Positions 17,183-20,219 of a stretch of DNA of 20,219 nucleotides are shown one piece after another; the first letter of the stretch is position 1, and each line of letters starts with the position of its first letter. Source of the DNA: Spirulina sp. SIO3F2. Its GTDB lineage: Bacteria > Cyanobacteriota > Cyanobacteriia > Cyanobacteriales > Spirulinaceae. The position numbers and the translations under genes were made by a program. The stretch covers positions 1 through 20,219 of the forward strand of contig JAAHHN010000134.1 of assembly GCA_010672165.1 (NCBI GenBank). Reading direction: 5' to 3'. The notes beneath the pieces were generated by a model, which saw nothing but the letters and a program-made list of their open reading frames with translations, ran no database searches and was not told where the DNA came from.

Positions 17183-18535
17183 ATGGTCGCAGTCGCAATT
17201 TTGGCAGCCGGACGGGGCACTCGGATGCGCTCTCAACTCCCCAAAGTCTTACATCCGCTGGGGTCGAAAACCCTGGTTGAGCGGGCGCTTGATAGTTGTG
17301 CCAGCGTTCAGCCGAGCCGAGAATTGGTCATTGTTGGTTATTGCGCCGAGCAAGTTCAAGCCGCCCTCGCCCACCGCGAGAAGATTGAATTTGTTGCCCA
17401 AACCGAGCAGTTGGGAACGGGTCACGCGATCCAACAGCTTTTGTCTCCGCTCCAAGGGTTTGAGGACGATATTTTGATCCTTAATGGTGATGTGCCGCTG
17501 CTACGTCCCGAGACGATCGCGGAACTCCTAAATACCCATCAGCAAAACAAAAATGCTGCCACGCTCCTAACCGCTCAACTCCCTGATGCCACAGGTTACG
17601 GTCGGGTATTTTGCGATCAAGACAATCGAGTACAGCAGATTGTCGAACACCGGGATTGCACCGATGCCCAACGCCAAAACCGTCGCATCAATGCAGGGGT
17701 GTATTGCTTCAATTGGCCCCGCTTAGCTGAGGTGTTGCCCAAGCTCAGTGCAGATAATGACCAGCAGGAATATTACCTCACGGATGTGTTTGCCATGATG
17801 GAACCCGTTATGGCAATGGATGTGGTGGATGTGCAGGAGATTTCTGGGATTAACAACCGTCTGCAACTAGCGAATGCCTATACCATTTGGCAAGAGCGAA
17901 TCAAGACCCATTGGCTTCTAGCGGGTGTTACGTTAGTTGACTCCAGCAGCATCACGATCGACGACACGGTTGAGCTAGCCAGCGATGTAGTGATTGAACC
18001 CCAGACCCATTTGCGTGGCCAAACTAAGATTGGCTCCGGCAGCCGCATTGGCCCTGGTAGCTTGATAGAAAATAGCCAGATTGGTGAACATGTCACCGCT
18101 ATGTATTCCGTAATCACCGACAGTGTGGTACAGGCGAATTGCCGTGTTGGCCCGTATGCCCACCTACGCAATCATGCAGAAATTGGTGAGCAATGCCGGG
18201 TGGGAAATTTTGTGGAAATTAAGCAAAGTCAACTGGGCACGAAGACAAATGCGGCCCATTTGAGCTATCTGGGCAATGCGACGTTGGGCGATCGCGTTAA
18301 CGTGGGTGCAGGCACAATCACGGCTAACTACGATGGCGTGAACAAGCACCCTACAGTGATTGGCGATGGCTCTAAGACCGGGTCAAACTCAGTGCTGGTA
18401 GCACCTGTGACCCTTGGGACAGATGTAACGGTTGCAGCGGGCTCGGTTGTGACCAAGGATGTGGAGGATGACACGTTAGTAATTGCCCGCAGTCGGCAGA
18501 TCACCCGGAAAGGGTGGCGGTTGAAAGCGGATTGA
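17183..18535 (+). CDS. glmU: Bifunctional UDP-N-acetylglucosamine pyrophosphorylase / glucosamine-1-phosphate N-acetyltransferase.
   Basis: N-terminal [10 protein letters not shown] nucleotidyltransferase motif. C-terminal left-handed beta-helix hexapeptide repeats. 450 aa. Confidence 0.93.
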   Translation: MVAVAILAAGRGTRMRSQLPKVLHPLGSKTLVERALDSCASVQPSRELVIVGYCAEQVQAALAHREKIEFVAQTEQLGTGHAIQQLLSPLQGFEDDILILNGDVPLLRPETIAELLNTHQQNKNAATLLTAQLPDATGYGRVFCDQDNRVQQIVEHRDCTDAQRQNRRINAGVYCFNWPRLAEVLPKLSADNDQQEYYLTDVFAMMEPVMAMDVVDVQEISGINNRLQLANAYTIWQERIKTHWLLAGVTLVDSSSITIDDTVELASDVVIEPQTHLRGQTKIGSGSRIGPGSLIENSQIGEHVTAMYSVITDSVVQANCRVGPYAHLRNHAEIGEQCRVGNFVEIKQSQLGTKTNAAHLSYLGNATLGDRVNVGAGTITANYDGVNKHPTVIGDGSKTGSNSVLVAPVTLGTDVTVAAGSVVTKDVEDDTLVIARSRQITRKGWRLKAD

Positions 18536-18558
18536 CAGAGTACAATAGCGCCCCCCAG

Positions 18559-18577
18559 CCCGTAATTAATTTACGGG
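18559..18577 (+). terminator. Perfect hairpin CCCGTAA-ttaat-TTACGGG downstream of glmU.
   Basis: Read from the sequence. The T-run (GGGGTTTTGGG) is displaced about 10 nt, so this is a candidate only. Confidence 0.35.
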
Positions 18578-18671
18578 TCAATGGGGTTTTGGGAAATCGT
18601 CTTAAGAAAGCATGATTTTTGCTCTAGCTGAGCGAATGGGTAAGCTACAACCGGATTAATAATACCGAGCG

Positions 18672-20045
18672 ATGCGTCCACTCAAGGCAAGCCCAACAAT
18701 GAAGAAGCCCAGAAGACTGTCCCAAGCGAAAGCCCCCAATGCCAGCGTCGGTAAAAGTGAAGACTTCCAATTATCGTCTGATATTGAAGTCACCTCTAGC
18801 TCCCCCAACGACAATCGCACCAGCAAAGTTTTTGGCTATGTCTCGGCATATCCCAATGAATATCTAATTCATTACCGAAAGGGTAAATTCAGAAAGCGAT
18901 CGAGCGGCCAAGGTGCTCAATGTTTTAAGTTCCCTGGTGATACGGTTGTTATTATTCCCAGTAGCTTAAAACAGATTGTTTTTCAAGCCAATCAACTGAC
19001 TGTTGACAATGTGGATGTGCGGATTCGTGGCATTGTTATCTATCAAATTTTTGATCCGCTTAAAATCAATTCTAAAATCAACTTCTTTAACCGCCAAGCT
19101 GCTGAGAACAAGCTGGCACGCATGGTGGGCGATCTGTGCCGTTCCATCGTCAAATGGTTGATCGCCAATATGGCCGTTGAAGAATGTATTCGCAAACGCA
19201 AAGAGGATATTGCGGATGCTCTCAAGCGAGAAATCACCCTGGTTGTGGATGATGAGGCGAATTCTTGGGGCATTGAGATTGTCACGATTGATGTGCAGGA
19301 TATTTACATTCAAGATGATGATATTTTCAATGCGCTGCAAACCTCCTTTAAGTCCCAGAAAATGCGCGAGTCTGAGCTGTGTGAGCTAGAAGCGACGCGA
19401 GATCTAGAACTTAAGCAGCTTGAAGTTGATGCTCAACTGGCGGAACGCCGCAAGGATCAAGAGTTGAGAAACCTTGAGATTGAAAGTGAGCTGGCCCAAA
19501 AAAGGGCCGAACTCAAAGCCCAAAAATTGGCTCAAGAGGCGGAGTTAGAGCTGTCACAACTCCGCGCCGAAGAAGAGAAAAAGACCTACTTAAAGGCGCA
19601 AGAACTCGAACGTAAAAAAAGTGCCAGCATTCAAGAGCTAGAACTAACAAAGTTAAGAGAACAACGGGAACTAGAGCGACGCCAATCCGAAAGTGATTTT
19701 GAGCTAGAGCGCAGTCGTTTAGCAGCAGAAGCCCAAAATCAAGCCGAACAGGAGAAAATTGAAACGTTGCAAAAGCGGATGGATGTGGAGAATAACATCA
19801 CACCTGCTGGCCTGGAGAAGAGCTTTATTGAGGGGGCTTTGCCACAAATTGCTACTGCGCTAGCAAAAAGTATGACCAGTTCCAATATCAATATTGTGCA
19901 AGGTCAGGGGGATATTAATACTCCCTTTAGTCTAATGTTGTTTGAGATTACTGAGCTTTTGAAAGAACGATTGAATCGTTTAAAGCAAGGTAATGAGTTG
20001 GCAGAGGGAGAGATTACTGATCTATTTGGAGATCAGGATAATTAA
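18672..20045 (+). CDS. SPFH/band-7 protein of the flotillin type: SPFH domain plus a long Glu/Ala/Leu/Lys-rich coiled-coil 'flotillin' region.
   Basis: Band-7 core (YPNEYLIHYRKGKF...VIIPSS...VDNVDVRIRGIVIYQIFDP). About 150 aa of EA-type heptad repeats. No predicted TM hairpin at the N-terminus. The true start may be an internal Met. Confidence 0.8.
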   Translation: MRPLKASPTMKKPRRLSQAKAPNASVGKSEDFQLSSDIEVTSSSPNDNRTSKVFGYVSAYPNEYLIHYRKGKFRKRSSGQGAQCFKFPGDTVVIIPSSLKQIVFQANQLTVDNVDVRIRGIVIYQIFDPLKINSKINFFNRQAAENKLARMVGDLCRSIVKWLIANMAVEECIRKRKEDIADALKREITLVVDDEANSWGIEIVTIDVQDIYIQDDDIFNALQTSFKSQKMRESELCELEATRDLELKQLEVDAQLAERRKDQELRNLEIESELAQKRAELKAQKLAQEAELELSQLRAEEEKKTYLKAQELERKKSASIQELELTKLREQRELERRQSESDFELERSRLAAEAQNQAEQEKIETLQKRMDVENNITPAGLEKSFIEGALPQIATALAKSMTSSNINIVQGQGDINTPFSLMLFEITELLKERLNRLKQGNELAEGEITDLFGDQDN

Positions 20046-20072
20046 TCTCCTCCAAGCTGGATACAGCCCTTT

Positions 20073-20219
20073 TCAAATAGATGAGGAGCAGTAACAACAG
20101 TGAGAAAACCAGTTTTGGATATCTTCTGTAGTGACCGAACCTAAAGATTGCTCGATAGCATCTACCAAGTCAGCATATGTCCTGGGTTCAAGTTTGTTGA
20201 GCTTTGATTTCATTTGTGA
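20073..20219 (-). CDS. 3' end (last 48 codons) of an IS630/Tc1-like transposase gene, running off the window edge.
   Basis: The minus-strand translation ends ...TEDIQNWFSHCCY..., resembling the characteristic C-terminus of cyanobacterial IS630-family transposases. Stop TGA at 20073-20075. Confidence 0.55.
   Translation of the reverse strand, partial: SQMKSKLNKLEPRTYADLVDAIEQSLGSVTTEDIQNWFSHCCYCSSSI

Noticed and set aside
1-20219. CRISPR arrays, tRNA genes and rRNA genes.
   Set aside because: No regularly spaced direct repeats were found. The strings GGTTCGA and GTTCAAG occur only inside CDSs, once each, and neither lies in a cloverleaf context. No rRNA signatures were seen.

Overview
This window is a cyanobacterial-type chromosomal segment, judged from the heavy over-representation of the HIP1 palindrome GCGATCGC and from the gene content. 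It mixes core housekeeping genes (cysS, the rpsB-tsf operon, glmU) with accessory genes.

The accessory genes are:
- a signal-peptide pentapeptide-repeat protein
- an orphan lipoprotein-type amino-acid-binding periplasmic substrate-binding protein (SBP)
- a small beta-barrel outer-membrane protein (OMP)
- an orphan ~442-aa P-loop NTPase
- a complete ~1.5-kb IS element with 27-28-bp terminal inverted repeats and a 4-bp CCCA target duplication, whose transposase is split by a frameshift
- a 531-aa 'conserved TM-helix repeat' membrane protein
- a CYTH triphosphate-tunnel protein
- a TauE/SafE permease
- a 2-EF-hand Ca-binding protein
- a flotillin-like SPFH protein
- the C-terminal end of an IS630-like transposase at the right edge

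Three signals stand out that gene models do not explain. First, a diverged ~90-nt dispersed repeat occurs in two copies (4989-5076 on the plus strand, 7925-8012 on the minus strand), each in the 5' region of the downstream gene; a 7-bp closing stem is preserved between copies by a C/U difference that keeps the pair intact as a G.U wobble. Second, a long hairpin-forming element with an 11-bp perfect inverted repeat sits in the tsf-downstream intergenic region (5177-5265). Third, the orphan STAND/AAA+-like P-loop NTPase lies immediately beside the IS insertion.

No CRISPR array, tRNA or rRNA was found. I did not recognise a complete multi-gene defence or biosynthetic system. The orphan NTPase and the repeat/ncRNA-like elements are the best candidates for follow-up.
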